In this document: positions 53,233-63,965 of the stretch, piece by piece
How positions within the stretch are numbered: position 1 is the stretch's first letter
Layout: each line of letters starts with the position of its first letter
Assembly (NCBI GenBank): GCA_002394205.1
Contig: DGTC01000027.1
Coordinates: forward strand, 1,295-65,294
DNA: 64,000 nt
Source of the DNA: Lachnospira sp. UBA4346
GTDB taxonomy: Bacteria; Bacillota; Clostridia; Lachnospirales; Lachnospiraceae
Direction: 5' to 3'
Notes under the pieces: model-generated
The model's database searches: none
Seen by the model: the letters and a program-made list of their open reading frames with translations, nothing else
What the model was told of the DNA's origin: nothing
Position numbers and translations under genes: made by a program

Positions 53233-54543
53233 TTATCCTAATAATCCAAGGACTCCTGGAAGCCACATACTAAGTGCCGGAATAAATGTTACCATCAATA
53301 ATGCCATTAAAATGACAATAAAGAACGGAATCAATTTTCTTATTACTTCTTCCACCTGTAAATCAGCTACACTACAACCGACAAATAATACACTTCCTAC
53401 CGGCGGCGTAATCGTACCGATTGACAAATTCATAACAATCATAACACCAAATTGAATCGGATCCATACCAAGTGCCTTCACAACCGGGAGGAAAATTGGT
53501 GTAAAGATTAATAATGCCGGTGCCATATCCATAAATGTACCAATAATTAATAATGTCAGGTTGATAATCAACAGAATAACAATCTTATTTCCTGAAATAC
53601 TAAGCAATGCTTTACTAATTGCCTGTGGAAGTCCTGTAAATGACAATACAAAAGATAACACATTCGAAGCACCGATAATTAACATTACAATCGCTGTCAT
53701 AACAGCCGTATCTACAAGAATCTTTGGAATATCCTTGAGCTTGATACTCTTATAAATAAATACTGATAAAATAAAAGCATATAATACTGCAACACCTGAT
53801 GCTTCTGTCGCTGTAAAATATCCTGATAAGATACCACCAATGATAATTACAATAAGCAACAAACTTGGAATTGCTTCCCAAATTATCTTTAAAGCAGCAG
53901 AAAGTGTTAATTTTTCTGTTCTTTTTACAACATAACCGTGTTTCTTACCATAAACAAAGGCAATTGCCATACAAAGGAATGCCCACAACAATCCAGGAAT
54001 CCAACCTGCCATCAAAAGTGCTGCAACGGATACGCCGCCACTTGCCGCTGAATATACAATAAATGATGCTGTCGGTGGAATTAACTGGCCTACCGGAGCT
54101 GTTGCAATATTTGCTGCTGCTGCAAACCCTTTATCATAACCGTGTTCTTCTTCCATCGGAAGCATAACACCACCAATTGCTGTTGCTGCCGCAATACCTG
54201 AACCCGAAATAGAACCAAACATTGCATTACCTGCTGCATTTGTCATTGCAAGAGAACCCGGAACTTTACCTAAAATTAATAATGCAAGATTAATTAATCG
54301 TCTTGCAATACCACCATTACTCATTAAAAGACCTGCTAAAATAAAGAATGGAACTGCTAATAATGTAAAACTATCTATACCTGTTACCATCTTCTGTGCC
54401 GAAATGAATACACCAAATTTCGGTGTCAGGAACATAATCAATGTTGTCAGCGCAGATGCAATGATACTAAATGATACCGGCACACTAAATGCAAGCATCA
54501 GAAAGAACATAATTACTAATACGATTGCTGCTTGTATTTCCAT
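53233..54543 (-). CDS. TRAP transporter large permease (DctM)
   Basis: Motifs LLAVPFFILAG, ISGSG, LIPPT, ITPPVG. Confidence 0.93.
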   Translation of the reverse strand: MEIQAAIVLVIMFFLMLAFSVPVSFSIIASALTTLIMFLTPKFGVFISAQKMVTGIDSFTLLAVPFFILAGLLMSNGGIARRLINLALLILGKVPGSLAMTNAAGNAMFGSISGSGIAAATAIGGVMLPMEEEHGYDKGFAAAANIATAPVGQLIPPTASFIVYSAASGGVSVAALLMAGWIPGLLWAFLCMAIAFVYGKKHGYVVKRTEKLTLSAALKIIWEAIPSLLLIVIIIGGILSGYFTATEASGVAVLYAFILSVFIYKSIKLKDIPKILVDTAVMTAIVMLIIGASNVLSFVLSFTGLPQAISKALLSISGNKIVILLIINLTLLIIGTFMDMAPALLIFTPIFLPVVKALGMDPIQFGVMIVMNLSIGTITPPVGSVLFVGCSVADLQVEEVIRKLIPFFIVILMALLMVTFIPALSMWLPGVLGLLG

Positions 54544-55011
54544 TTACTTCATCTCCTTTCTTGCTGCAATTAAATGAAGAATACGATTTACTCCATAAAT
54601 AACCATTAACACACCACTAATTGGAACACAGATGTAATATACCTGCATTGGCAACTGCATCGCTGGTGAAATCTGACCTGCTGAATTCGCCGTTACCATC
54701 ACGCCACCAATAATCATAACGCATACACTCAGAAGCATTACAATACATTCAATGAATAACTTCATTGCATTTTCATTCTTTGGCTGGAAGTTCTTTACCA
54801 AAAGATTAATGGATAAATGTTTATCTTTTCCATACGCATATGGTACACCAATCATTGTTACCCAAATTAACATATAACGCAGCAATTCTTCCGTATACTT
54901 ACTTGGATCTTGTAAAATAAATCTTGTAATAACCTGCCAGATACATCCCAAAACCATGCCTGCCACAAGAATCGCCAGCACCGTTTCAATTATTTTATCT
55001 AAAACTTTCAT
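54544..55011 (-). CDS. TRAP transporter small permease (DctQ)
   Basis: QVITRF and EELLRY motifs; four transmembrane segments. Confidence 0.9.
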   Translation of the reverse strand: MKVLDKIIETVLAILVAGMVLGCIWQVITRFILQDPSKYTEELLRYMLIWVTMIGVPYAYGKDKHLSINLLVKNFQPKNENAMKLFIECIVMLLSVCVMIIGGVMVTANSAGQISPAMQLPMQVYYICVPISGVLMVIYGVNRILHLIAARKEMK

Positions 55012-55092
55012 AGACTCCTCCTTCTATATTATATTGCAGTTTTTATGCTCTATCATTTCACTGTTTGCGCTGCCTGATTTTGCATACGATTT

Positions 55093-56118
55093 TTATTTAT
55101 CTGCATACTTTTGAATATCATCATACAGCTTCTTGTAATCATCGCCCTTTTCAAAGAAGGCTTTGTGAATTGGCTGAACTGCCTGAATTAATGCCGTCTT
55201 GTCAATATTCTTATATACATGTACGCCCTTTGACTGAGCTTCTGCAATTGCATCATCCATCATTCCATTATACAAACTTACAAAGTTTTCGTTTGTCTTC
55301 TTAAATCCGTCCAACAGACATTGTTTCTGTTCTTGTGTTAATGAATCCCACGTTTTAGTACTAATGATATAAATATCTGGTGTAAACTGATGCTCTGTAT
55401 ATGTATAAGATGATACCAAATCTTCATGTCCGTCAACTGTCAATGCAAGCTCTGTATTTTCTGCACCATCAACGATACCCTGCTGTAAAGAAGCATATGT
55501 TTCGCTACCAGCCATTGGAACCGGTGTTCCACCCATCTTTTCAATCATATCCATAGAAGTTGTATTTGGCATTGAACGAATCTTAAGACCTTTCAATACA
55601 GAAGGATCTGTAACAGGCTTATCTTCTTTTAAATAAAAGTTTCTCGCACCATTTGCATAATAACCAATTGCGATAAAACCGTCCTCTTTTGTTGACTGGA
55701 ACAAGTTCTGTACTTCTGTACTTTCACGCATTGCTCTGTAATAATGTTCCTGACTATTAAATAAATATGGAATTGCAAAGATTGAATACTTATCATTAAA
55801 CTGTCCTAATGTATTCGCACTTACCTTTGCCATATCAAGGATTCCTGCTTTTACCATTTCAATTTCATCTTTTTCCGAACCAAGCACTCCACTTTCGTAA
55901 ATCTTTACGCTCATGTCCGCATCCTTGTCCTCCTCTACAAGGTCTGAAATGTATGCAATAGACTTTGCAATTTCTGAACCAGCTGACTGATTATGTGCCA
56001 ACCTTAGCACTCTTCCACTGTCTGCTGTTACGCCGCTCACTCGAACAAATGTCACGATAACAGTTAATAACAACGCTGCAACAACCAGTATTCCCACAAT
56101 TTTTTTGTATGATTTCAT
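55093..56118 (-). CDS. TRAP transporter substrate-binding protein (DctP)
   Basis: Motifs LKGLKIR and YASLQQGIVDGAEN. Confidence 0.92.
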   Translation of the reverse strand: MKSYKKIVGILVVAALLLTVIVTFVRVSGVTADSGRVLRLAHNQSAGSEIAKSIAYISDLVEEDKDADMSVKIYESGVLGSEKDEIEMVKAGILDMAKVSANTLGQFNDKYSIFAIPYLFNSQEHYYRAMRESTEVQNLFQSTKEDGFIAIGYYANGARNFYLKEDKPVTDPSVLKGLKIRSMPNTTSMDMIEKMGGTPVPMAGSETYASLQQGIVDGAENTELALTVDGHEDLVSSYTYTEHQFTPDIYIISTKTWDSLTQEQKQCLLDGFKKTNENFVSLYNGMMDDAIAEAQSKGVHVYKNIDKTALIQAVQPIHKAFFEKGDDYKKLYDDIQKYADK

Positions 56119-56559
56119 ACGACTCTCCTTTCGGTGTTTCTTTGTTTTTGATGACTAAATTATAACATCCCCCTATCGGTCATTCTTATTCTATGTTGCA
56201 GTTTTAGTTTATTTTTCAAACTATATTGCACATATTTATATGATTTATTTTTCGATTCATATTTCTTTTTTGTAAACATAACACTTTTTCACTATGTACA
56301 TTTTATTATTCATTTGCCATATTTTTCCAAAAAGTTCAGACAAAATCAACAAATCATTTATTTAAAATAAAATTTATATTTTCTATTCATAAATTTTTTG
56401 CACTATATTGCTTTTTCAATCATTTTCATATAGACTATAACATACATTCTATAGAATTATAAATTGTTTTGCAAAAGTTCAATATAGTTTTATATATTAT
56501 TTCTTTACAAATATATTTAATTATATATTTCTTTAGCATACGAAAGTGGGGACTACGTT

Positions 56560-57483
56560 ATGGACAAAATCACATTTAATGGAACGGCAAATGGCATCAC
56601 CGTGGAACAGCTTGTTCGTTTTGGCGAATATAATATGAAAGTAAAACATTTTCACAGCCAATACGAAATATTCTATATCATAGAAGGCCAACGCGAATTC
56701 TTCTTTAACAACCGACAGTATATGGCTCATTCCGGTGATTTAATTCTAATCGATACCAACTTGATTCACATGACAAAATCAGCCTCCTCAAAAGATCATG
56801 GTTATAATCGTGTTATTTTCTATATTGACTATGACAAAATGGCTTCTTTTGATGAAAAATATCCGGATTTACAATTGGTAAAATTCTTACATGCCAATTA
56901 CGGCGTATATCACTTAGATGATGAGCAGCAGGCTCTATTTCTAAATATCTATCGTGATTTACGAATTTTACTGACCAATAAACCTTCCGGTTATCAGACC
57001 GGCATGGAACTTGCACTATTGTCATGGTTTTATCAGCTTACACATTCTTTAACTGTTGATAATGAAGTCGTATTGCCATCCGCTGACACTAGTGCAAAAC
57101 ATAAAAATGTATATGCCATCGCAGATTATCTGTCCGAAAACTGTGATAAAAAGATTTCTTTAGATGAATTAGCAGAACATTTTTATATGAGCAAATATTA
57201 CTTATGCCGTATTTTTAAAGATGTTACCAATTATAAAATTACAGAATATATCAATATTCATCGAATTCAAAAAGCCACAACACTTCTAGAAGAAACCAAT
57301 AAACCTATATCTGAAATAGCTGATATGTTAGGATTTGAAAGTTTAACCTACTTTGAGAAAACATTTAAAACATATATGACCATTTCTCCGCTTCGATACC
57401 GAAAGACAAAGAATTCTGTCAGCCTACAGACTGAACAATTGGGAATTTTAGATGACACAACGTTTCTTTCACGTGACCGCTAG
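56560..57483 (+). CDS. AraC-family transcriptional regulator
   Basis: Cupin motif HFHSQYEIFYI; HTH motifs SKYYLCRIFK and GFESLTYF. Confidence 0.92.
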   Translation: MDKITFNGTANGITVEQLVRFGEYNMKVKHFHSQYEIFYIIEGQREFFFNNRQYMAHSGDLILIDTNLIHMTKSASSKDHGYNRVIFYIDYDKMASFDEKYPDLQLVKFLHANYGVYHLDDEQQALFLNIYRDLRILLTNKPSGYQTGMELALLSWFYQLTHSLTVDNEVVLPSADTSAKHKNVYAIADYLSENCDKKISLDELAEHFYMSKYYLCRIFKDVTNYKITEYINIHRIQKATTLLEETNKPISEIADMLGFESLTYFEKTFKTYMTISPLRYRKTKNSVSLQTEQLGILDDTTFLSRDR

Positions 57484-57520
57484 ACACGCAAAAACATTCT
57501 ATAAGAATCTTATCAGAACA

Positions 57521-57568
57521 AAACGTGTACAGACAAGATTTTATTATAAATCTTACCTGTACACGTTT
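57521..57568. terminator. Bidirectional terminator
   Basis: AAACGTGTACAG...CTGTACACGTTT between convergent genes. Confidence 0.7.
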
Positions 57569-57625
57569 CTTTATATATTAGGTGGGTAATTTTAAAGATT
57601 TTTATTCTGAAGAAAATATCATTTA

Positions 57626-58450
57626 TTATTTTTCATACAGAAATTCTTCCGGTAATGTTACATGAAAATCTTTCGCTAAATCTCTGAAATTATCCGGTGT
57701 AATCGTCTGAAGTTTATCAGGTCTCATTGACAACATTTTCACAAGAATTTCTGCTGATTTTTCAGCTGTATGCATCAATCCAAATGTCAAATCGAAATCT
57801 TCTCCTGCTGCAAACATTCCATGATGCGCCCAAATTGCAAGATCATATTTCTTCATTAATTCACTCGTTGCAACTGCAATATCACGCCCTCCCGGAACCA
57901 TCCAAGGCACAACGCCGACACCATCAGGGAATACGACCGGACACTCTGTTGCCATTTCCCACAGTTCTCTGGTAAATACCTTATCATCTAATGGCAATAC
58001 AAATGTAAGGGCAATAATATTCGTTGTATGTGCATGATAAATAACACGATATTTTCCATTTGTTGCAATTTTTTTCACTTCATGATTCATCAAGTGTGAA
58101 GGGAATTCAGAAGTCGGTCTTCCGCCATTTACAAGTCCCCAAACAATCCTATACTGCTCTCCCTTATCATCAATTTCTGCAATACAAATGGAATCTTCCG
58201 GCTTAATAATGACATTTCTAAAGTATTTGCCGCTGCCTGTTACCAGAAAATATTCTCCTGCCAGCTCCGGCACTTTCGTACCAATGGGCTGCCATTCCTT
58301 TGGCTCAAAATTCTCCTTTACAGATGCAACCTCTTCTTCCTTCATTCGATAAGAAAGATTTCCACCATTTCGTTCATGCCAGCCCTGTTCCCAGCCGTCA
58401 TTTGCCATTCTGATAAAACCTTTTACAAATTCTGTGTCTAATACGTTCAT
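57626..58450 (-). CDS. rhaD: Rhamnulose-1-phosphate aldolase
   Basis: Motifs GWHERNGGN, PTSEFPSH, HAH, WAHHG. Confidence 0.94.
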   Translation of the reverse strand: MNVLDTEFVKGFIRMANDGWEQGWHERNGGNLSYRMKEEEVASVKENFEPKEWQPIGTKVPELAGEYFLVTGSGKYFRNVIIKPEDSICIAEIDDKGEQYRIVWGLVNGGRPTSEFPSHLMNHEVKKIATNGKYRVIYHAHTTNIIALTFVLPLDDKVFTRELWEMATECPVVFPDGVGVVPWMVPGGRDIAVATSELMKKYDLAIWAHHGMFAAGEDFDLTFGLMHTAEKSAEILVKMLSMRPDKLQTITPDNFRDLAKDFHVTLPEEFLYEK

Positions 58451-58489
58451 TTTAATCTCCATTTCCGCAGAAGTCTCTGCATTTTATTG

Positions 58490-59743
58490 TTATCTCTTTA
58501 ACAAAACATCCTTTTCATACTGTGCAACTGCATCATACCAAGTCGCATCTGCAATAACGCCACATTCTTCGCAGTACTTGTTCCAAACATCTCCAAACGG
58601 ACTAACTTTCATCTCTTCCTGCATTACCATAAGTTCTGTCAAACGGTTCTCATCCTGTAATTTCTTTAACGCTTCATGTGGTGTACACAGTGCATTTAAC
58701 AATGCTTTCTGCCAACTCCGAAAACCAACTGTCCATGCAGAAATACGATTAATGCTTGCATCAAAATAATCCAATGCCATGTATACACGGTTCAATCCAT
58801 TGCAACGAACAATTTCCTTTGCCATTTCCTTTGTCTCATCATCAAACAGCACAACATGGTCAGAATCCCAACGCACCGGTCTTGTAATATGCAACGCAAT
58901 TTCTGGAAAGAAGCACAATAATGCAGGAATCTTGTCTGATACAACTTCAGTCGGATGATAATGTCCGTTATCCATTAACGGAAGTACATTGTCATGTGTT
59001 GCTGCAAATGTTAATGCAAATTCTCCCGAGCCTGCCGTGTAAGACTCTACGCCAATACCGAACACCTTTGACTCTACGCAAGGCTTTACCAGCTTCGGAT
59101 CATGCGGTTCTGCAATAATCTGCTCTATCGAATCTTTATATCGCATTCTAGGTCCGAAACGATCCGCAGGTATATCCTTATATCCGTCACCTGTCCAGAT
59201 ATTCATTACGCAGGGAATTCCCGTTTCTTTCGCAAAATATTCTGAAATACGAATACATGCTTTGCCATGCTCAATCCAAAATTTTCTTGTTTCTTCATCC
59301 GGACTTGAAAGGGTTAGTCCGTCTTTTACCTTATCATGAGAAAAGAATGTCGGATTAAAGTCAATTCCCATATTGTGCTTTTTTGCAAATTCTACCCACT
59401 TTGCAAAATGTTTTGGTTCTAACTGATCTCTGTCTACAAAACCATCCTTTCCAAAAATCGCATAATTTGCATGAAGATTTAATTTCTTTTTACCGGGCAT
59501 CAGGCTGATTGCCAGCTCTAAATCTGCCATTAACTGTTCCGGATTGGTAGCACGTCCCGGATAATCTCCTGTTGTCTGAATTCCACCTGTCAATGGACCC
59601 TCATGGTCAAATCCTAACACATCATCTCCCTGCCAGCAGTGCAGCGATACCGGAACCTCTTTTAACTTCGCAATTGCTGCATCTGTATCAACTCCTAATT
59701 TTGCATAATACGCTTTTGCTGATTCATATCTTGTATCTGTCAT
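58490..59743 (-). CDS. rhaA: L-rhamnose isomerase
   Basis: Motifs SLHCWQGDDV, ESKVFGIGVE, RPVRWDSDHV, LDYFDASINR. Confidence 0.96.
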   Translation of the reverse strand: MTDTRYESAKAYYAKLGVDTDAAIAKLKEVPVSLHCWQGDDVLGFDHEGPLTGGIQTTGDYPGRATNPEQLMADLELAISLMPGKKKLNLHANYAIFGKDGFVDRDQLEPKHFAKWVEFAKKHNMGIDFNPTFFSHDKVKDGLTLSSPDEETRKFWIEHGKACIRISEYFAKETGIPCVMNIWTGDGYKDIPADRFGPRMRYKDSIEQIIAEPHDPKLVKPCVESKVFGIGVESYTAGSGEFALTFAATHDNVLPLMDNGHYHPTEVVSDKIPALLCFFPEIALHITRPVRWDSDHVVLFDDETKEMAKEIVRCNGLNRVYMALDYFDASINRISAWTVGFRSWQKALLNALCTPHEALKKLQDENRLTELMVMQEEMKVSPFGDVWNKYCEECGVIADATWYDAVAQYEKDVLLKR

Positions 59744-59876
59744 ATCATTTTCCGCCTTTCTTTTATTTTTACTATCTTTGTTCTATTTGCTCTGTTCCTT
59801 CTCACATTTTTCATTATAAATTTTATCTATTTCGTTAAATCTATAACAATCCCCTATTTTAATGCTGCATTATGCT

Positions 59877-61268
59877 TTAATATTCTTTACATGCAAATGA
59901 TAATCGCACACATTCTCTTGCCTGTGCAAGATTATCAAATACCCCCTCACTAATAAGCTGTGAAATTAAATTTCCAATTGCCGTAGCTTCAATCGGTCCT
60001 GCCAGAACTTTTTTTCCTGTGGCCTTTGCGGTTAATTCATTCAGATATACTGCATTTGCTCCGCCGCCAATTACGTGGATGCTATCATACTCTTTTCCTG
60101 TCAGCATTTCAATTTCTGCAACTGTTTTTGCATACGTATTTGCAAGACTATTGTAAATCACACTGGCTATCTGATATATTCCTACCGGAATTTCCTGTCC
60201 TGTTTCCTCACAATATTTACGAACTTCAATTGACATATTCTCCGGTGCTAAGAAACGGTTATCATTGCAATCAACAATCGAATCAATGTGTTCCTTTGAA
60301 GCCATTTCACAAAGCTCGCCAAAACTCATCTCCGGTGCAAGTTCTTTTCGCACACTTTGAATCATCCACAGCCCCATAATATTCTTTAAATAACGAAAAC
60401 GATAATCATATCCGCCTTCATTTGTAAAATTATGTTGTCTGCTTTCCTTGGAACAATCTGCTTTCCGTAATTCTGTTCCCATCAGTGACCAGGTTCCTGA
60501 ACTGATATAAATAACATCTTCTTCATTCGTCGGAACTGCCATTACCGCCGAGCCTGTATCATGTGTTGCCGGTAATACCACTTTACAGTCAAATCCTACT
60601 TCTTCCTGAAGCTGCTGTGTTAAATTTCCAAGCACTGTTCCCGGCATTTCAATTTTTTGAAAAATTCTCCTCGGAAACTGCATCGCATCAATCAGTTCAT
60701 AATCCCAGTCTTTCGCCTCTGCATTAACCAACTGCGTAGTTGTTGCATTGGTGTACTCTGCTGCCATCTTTCCCGATAATAAAAAATTAAAATATTCCGG
60801 AATCATTAACATTGTCTGTGCCCTTGCAAAGTCCTGCGGAAACGACTGCCGATATGCTGTCAGCTGATAAATCGTATTAAAATTCTGTTTCTGTATTCCA
60901 GTCCTTTCATACAATTTCTCTTCTGAAATTTTTTTATATACTTCTGCATCAATTCCTGTTGTCCGTCCATCACGGTATCCAACTGCATCTCCTATCATCT
61001 TATGATTTTCATCTAATAGCACATAATCCACCGCCCATGTATCAATAGCTACACTAACCGGAATCTTTCCTATTTCTTTACACTTTTTTAGTCCTGATTT
61101 AATATGTTCAAATAAACGGTCTGCATCCCAGCACAAATGACCATTTTTCTCTATCATTCCATTTGGGAAACGATAAATTTCTTCTATCGCCAGCCTGCCA
61201 TCTTCCATATGTGCAAGGATATGTCTGCCACTGGAAGCACCGATATCTACTGCCAAAAAATACTGCAC
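59877..61268 (-). CDS. rhaB: Rhamnulokinase
   Basis: Motifs DIGASSGR, DTWAVDY, THDTGSA, SSGTWSL, KNIMGLW. Confidence 0.94.
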   Translation of the reverse strand: MQYFLAVDIGASSGRHILAHMEDGRLAIEEIYRFPNGMIEKNGHLCWDADRLFEHIKSGLKKCKEIGKIPVSVAIDTWAVDYVLLDENHKMIGDAVGYRDGRTTGIDAEVYKKISEEKLYERTGIQKQNFNTIYQLTAYRQSFPQDFARAQTMLMIPEYFNFLLSGKMAAEYTNATTTQLVNAEAKDWDYELIDAMQFPRRIFQKIEMPGTVLGNLTQQLQEEVGFDCKVVLPATHDTGSAVMAVPTNEEDVIYISSGTWSLMGTELRKADCSKESRQHNFTNEGGYDYRFRYLKNIMGLWMIQSVRKELAPEMSFGELCEMASKEHIDSIVDCNDNRFLAPENMSIEVRKYCEETGQEIPVGIYQIASVIYNSLANTYAKTVAEIEMLTGKEYDSIHVIGGGANAVYLNELTAKATGKKVLAGPIEATAIGNLISQLISEGVFDNLAQARECVRLSFACKEY

Positions 61269-61540
61269 CCTTCTTCCTCCTTCTATTTATTTTCGTTATA
61301 TTTATCGTTTTTATCTACTTTCTCTATCTGTGTGTATCATATCGAAAATATAAGAAAGAAAAAAGGTCATTCTTTGGCAAAAAAAGTGTCCTTATTTGCA
61401 GAAAAGAATAACCCCATCAAAATATGAAATCCAAAAGAATTCCGTTTTTCTTATAAAAAACAAAAAATCTTTCATACAAACATTTCTGTTCATACGAAAG
61501 ATTCTTTCTCCATTTATATTTCATTACTATAACATACTAC

Positions 61541-62251
61541 TTACCGATTTATAAAACCAATTGTTTCATATGCCGCACGCTTCCATTGCAATTCCGGCGT
61601 AATCGTCGCCACTCCATCTTTGTTTTGTGCTCCATAATTACCAAATTGTGCATGATTGCCGCCTTGTATAACAACCTCTGTTAAACTTTTGGCATTGCTT
61701 TTGGCCGCTCCATACTTCTCCATGTTCAAGACCTTATCTTCTGTTCCATACATTGCAATGACCGGAAATTCATCCGGTAATTCATATGCCGCATACGCCG
61801 CATACAAAATCAGTCCTTTAAATGTATCTGTATGTTTTGAAACATAACTTGAAGCCATAGCTCCTCCAAGCGAATGACCTCCAATATACCAATTTTTAAC
61901 CTGCGGATATGCTTCTACTACCGCATCTGCTGCATTCTGTTTAAACACTGCCAGTCGAAATGGCATTTTCACAAGCACACACAATGTTCCCTGCTGTGCA
62001 ATGGATGCAAGCACCGGTTCATAGCTCTCCGCTTCTACCTTTCCACCGGGATAGAAGATAAATGCCGTCTCTGCCTGCTCGTCACCATATGCAATATAGT
62101 TTTTATGTTCTGTTTTTGCCACGCCCAATTGCTGCGCAGCTTCTTTATCCACTGCCTTGTAATAATTTCCTACATAGAATCCAAATGCACATACAAATAG
62201 AACGCACAGAATTCCAAGTACAATTCCAACGCGTTTTAAAATTTTCTTCAT
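61541..62251 (-). CDS. Alpha/beta hydrolase (membrane-anchored)
   Basis: Motifs FYPGG, GHSLGG, GGNHAQFG. Confidence 0.88.
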   Translation of the reverse strand: MKKILKRVGIVLGILCVLFVCAFGFYVGNYYKAVDKEAAQQLGVAKTEHKNYIAYGDEQAETAFIFYPGGKVEAESYEPVLASIAQQGTLCVLVKMPFRLAVFKQNAADAVVEAYPQVKNWYIGGHSLGGAMASSYVSKHTDTFKGLILYAAYAAYELPDEFPVIAMYGTEDKVLNMEKYGAAKSNAKSLTEVVIQGGNHAQFGNYGAQNKDGVATITPELQWKRAAYETIGFINR

Positions 62252-62307
62252 GTTGCTCTCTCCATTTGCTATAACATTACATACAGCTGTCTACCGTATG
62301 TTTTTTT

Positions 62308-62336
62308 ATTTTATAAAAGAAACGAATTACTGTCAA
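62308..62336 (-). promoter_or_regulatory. Putative sigma-A promoter of the hydrolase gene
   Basis: TTGACA-17 bp-TAAAAT. Confidence 0.55.
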
Positions 62337-62384
62337 TATTGTCGTTTTAATTTGTATCCAAACACTCTAAAACCACATTTTCAA

Positions 62385-63224
62385 TTATCTGCTTCCCATA
62401 ACCTTTCCACAGATACAACTAATGGCAAATGCTGCAATATCCACCGCTACAATGGTCGCACCAACCGGTGTGCTTGCAAGGATTGATACAACAATACCAA
62501 ATGCTGCACATACAACGGACAGAATTGCAGAACAAATCGTTACTGCCTTAAAGTTATGAAACATCCGCATCGCTGACAATGCCGGAAAAATAACCAATGC
62601 CGAAATCAAAAGCGAACCCACTAAGTTCATTGCAAGAACAATCACAAGTGCAATCATAATCGCAATCAAAAGATTGTATACACCTGTATTGATTCCATTA
62701 GATTTTGCGAAATTTTCATCAAATGTAACCGCAAATATTTTATGATAAAATACAACAAAAACAATCAACACAACGACAGACAGCACCATACACAAATATA
62801 CTTCCTGCTTTGTCAATGTAAGAATAGAGGTCGAACCAAACAGTGTCGAACATATATCTCCTGACAGATTCGGACTTGTCGAAAACAGATTCATAAGTAA
62901 ATAGCCCACAGCCAGAGAGCCAACGGAAATCATTGCAATTGCGGCATCTCCGTTAATTTTCTTATTCTGACCGCCTCTTAAAAGAAGTACTGCACTGATA
63001 ATCGTTATCGGCAAAATAAGAACCATATTGTTTGTCAATTTCAGAACAGATGCAATTGCCATCGCCCCAAATGCTACATGTGAAAGTCCGTCTCCGATAT
63101 AAGAAAAACGTTTCAATACCAATGTTACCCCTAACAAAGAAGAACACAATGCAACAAGCACCCCTACAATAAATGCATACCGCACGAACGGATAACTAAA
63201 ATAAAATTGTAATGTTTCTAACAT
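62385..63224 (-). CDS. Zn/Mn ABC transporter permease (ZnuB-like)
   Basis: Motifs GDGLSHVAF, LFGS, VGSLLISAL. Confidence 0.92.
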   Translation of the reverse strand: MLETLQFYFSYPFVRYAFIVGVLVALCSSLLGVTLVLKRFSYIGDGLSHVAFGAMAIASVLKLTNNMVLILPITIISAVLLLRGGQNKKINGDAAIAMISVGSLAVGYLLMNLFSTSPNLSGDICSTLFGSTSILTLTKQEVYLCMVLSVVVLIVFVVFYHKIFAVTFDENFAKSNGINTGVYNLLIAIMIALVIVLAMNLVGSLLISALVIFPALSAMRMFHNFKAVTICSAILSVVCAAFGIVVSILASTPVGATIVAVDIAAFAISCICGKVMGSR

Positions 63225-63228
63225 ATGA

Positions 63229-63936
63229 TTATGCCTCCTTCTTTAGATAACGCTTGCCAAGACTACTCTGCACATAATCCTGCTTCGTTCCGTAAAATAA
63301 TTCCTCACCGATATGCAGTATATGACTTGCATAGTGAACCGCCGCTTCTATATCATGAGAAATCATCAAAATCGTAGTCCCCTTCTTATTTAAATCCAAA
63401 ATCAACTGATACATTTCCTCTGTTGCATTTGGATCAAGTCCTGTTACCGGTTCATCAAGAAATAGAACTTTCCTAGTCGCACACAAAGCTCTTGCAAGCA
63501 ATACTCTCTGCTGCTGACCGCCTGATAATTCTCTGTAACATCGTTTTTCTAAATCCAGAATCCCCATATCTTCCATTGCCTGACGTGCTTTTTGTTTTTC
63601 CTTCTTTCCATAGAAAGGACGAAGCCCCATACTGCCCTGACAGCCTGACAGAACAATTTCTCTTACAGATGCCGGAAAATCACGCTGTACAAGTGTTTGC
63701 TGTGGAAGATACCCAATTTCATTTTTCGCAAGATTATCTCCGTATACAATTTCTCCTGCAAGTGCCGGCTGCAAATGCAGAATCGTCTTCATCAATGTTG
63801 ATTTTCCCGAACCATTTTCACCAACAATACATACATAATCTCCTGCATTTACCTGAAAGTTCAAATGCTTAATAATCTCCTGTCCATCATATCCTAATGA
63901 TAAATCATTTCCCGTTATCAGTGCCATGTTGTTCAC
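63229..63936 (-). CDS. Zn/Mn ABC transporter ATP-binding protein (ZnuC-like)
   Basis: Motifs GENGSGKST, LSGGQQQR, LDEP, ISHD. Confidence 0.93.
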   Translation of the reverse strand: MNNMALITGNDLSLGYDGQEIIKHLNFQVNAGDYVCIVGENGSGKSTLMKTILHLQPALAGEIVYGDNLAKNEIGYLPQQTLVQRDFPASVREIVLSGCQGSMGLRPFYGKKEKQKARQAMEDMGILDLEKRCYRELSGGQQQRVLLARALCATRKVLFLDEPVTGLDPNATEEMYQLILDLNKKGTTILMISHDIEAAVHYASHILHIGEELFYGTKQDYVQSSLGKRYLKKEA

Positions 63937-63965
63937 GCCCTTTCTAATGTGTTTCTTTCTAAATA

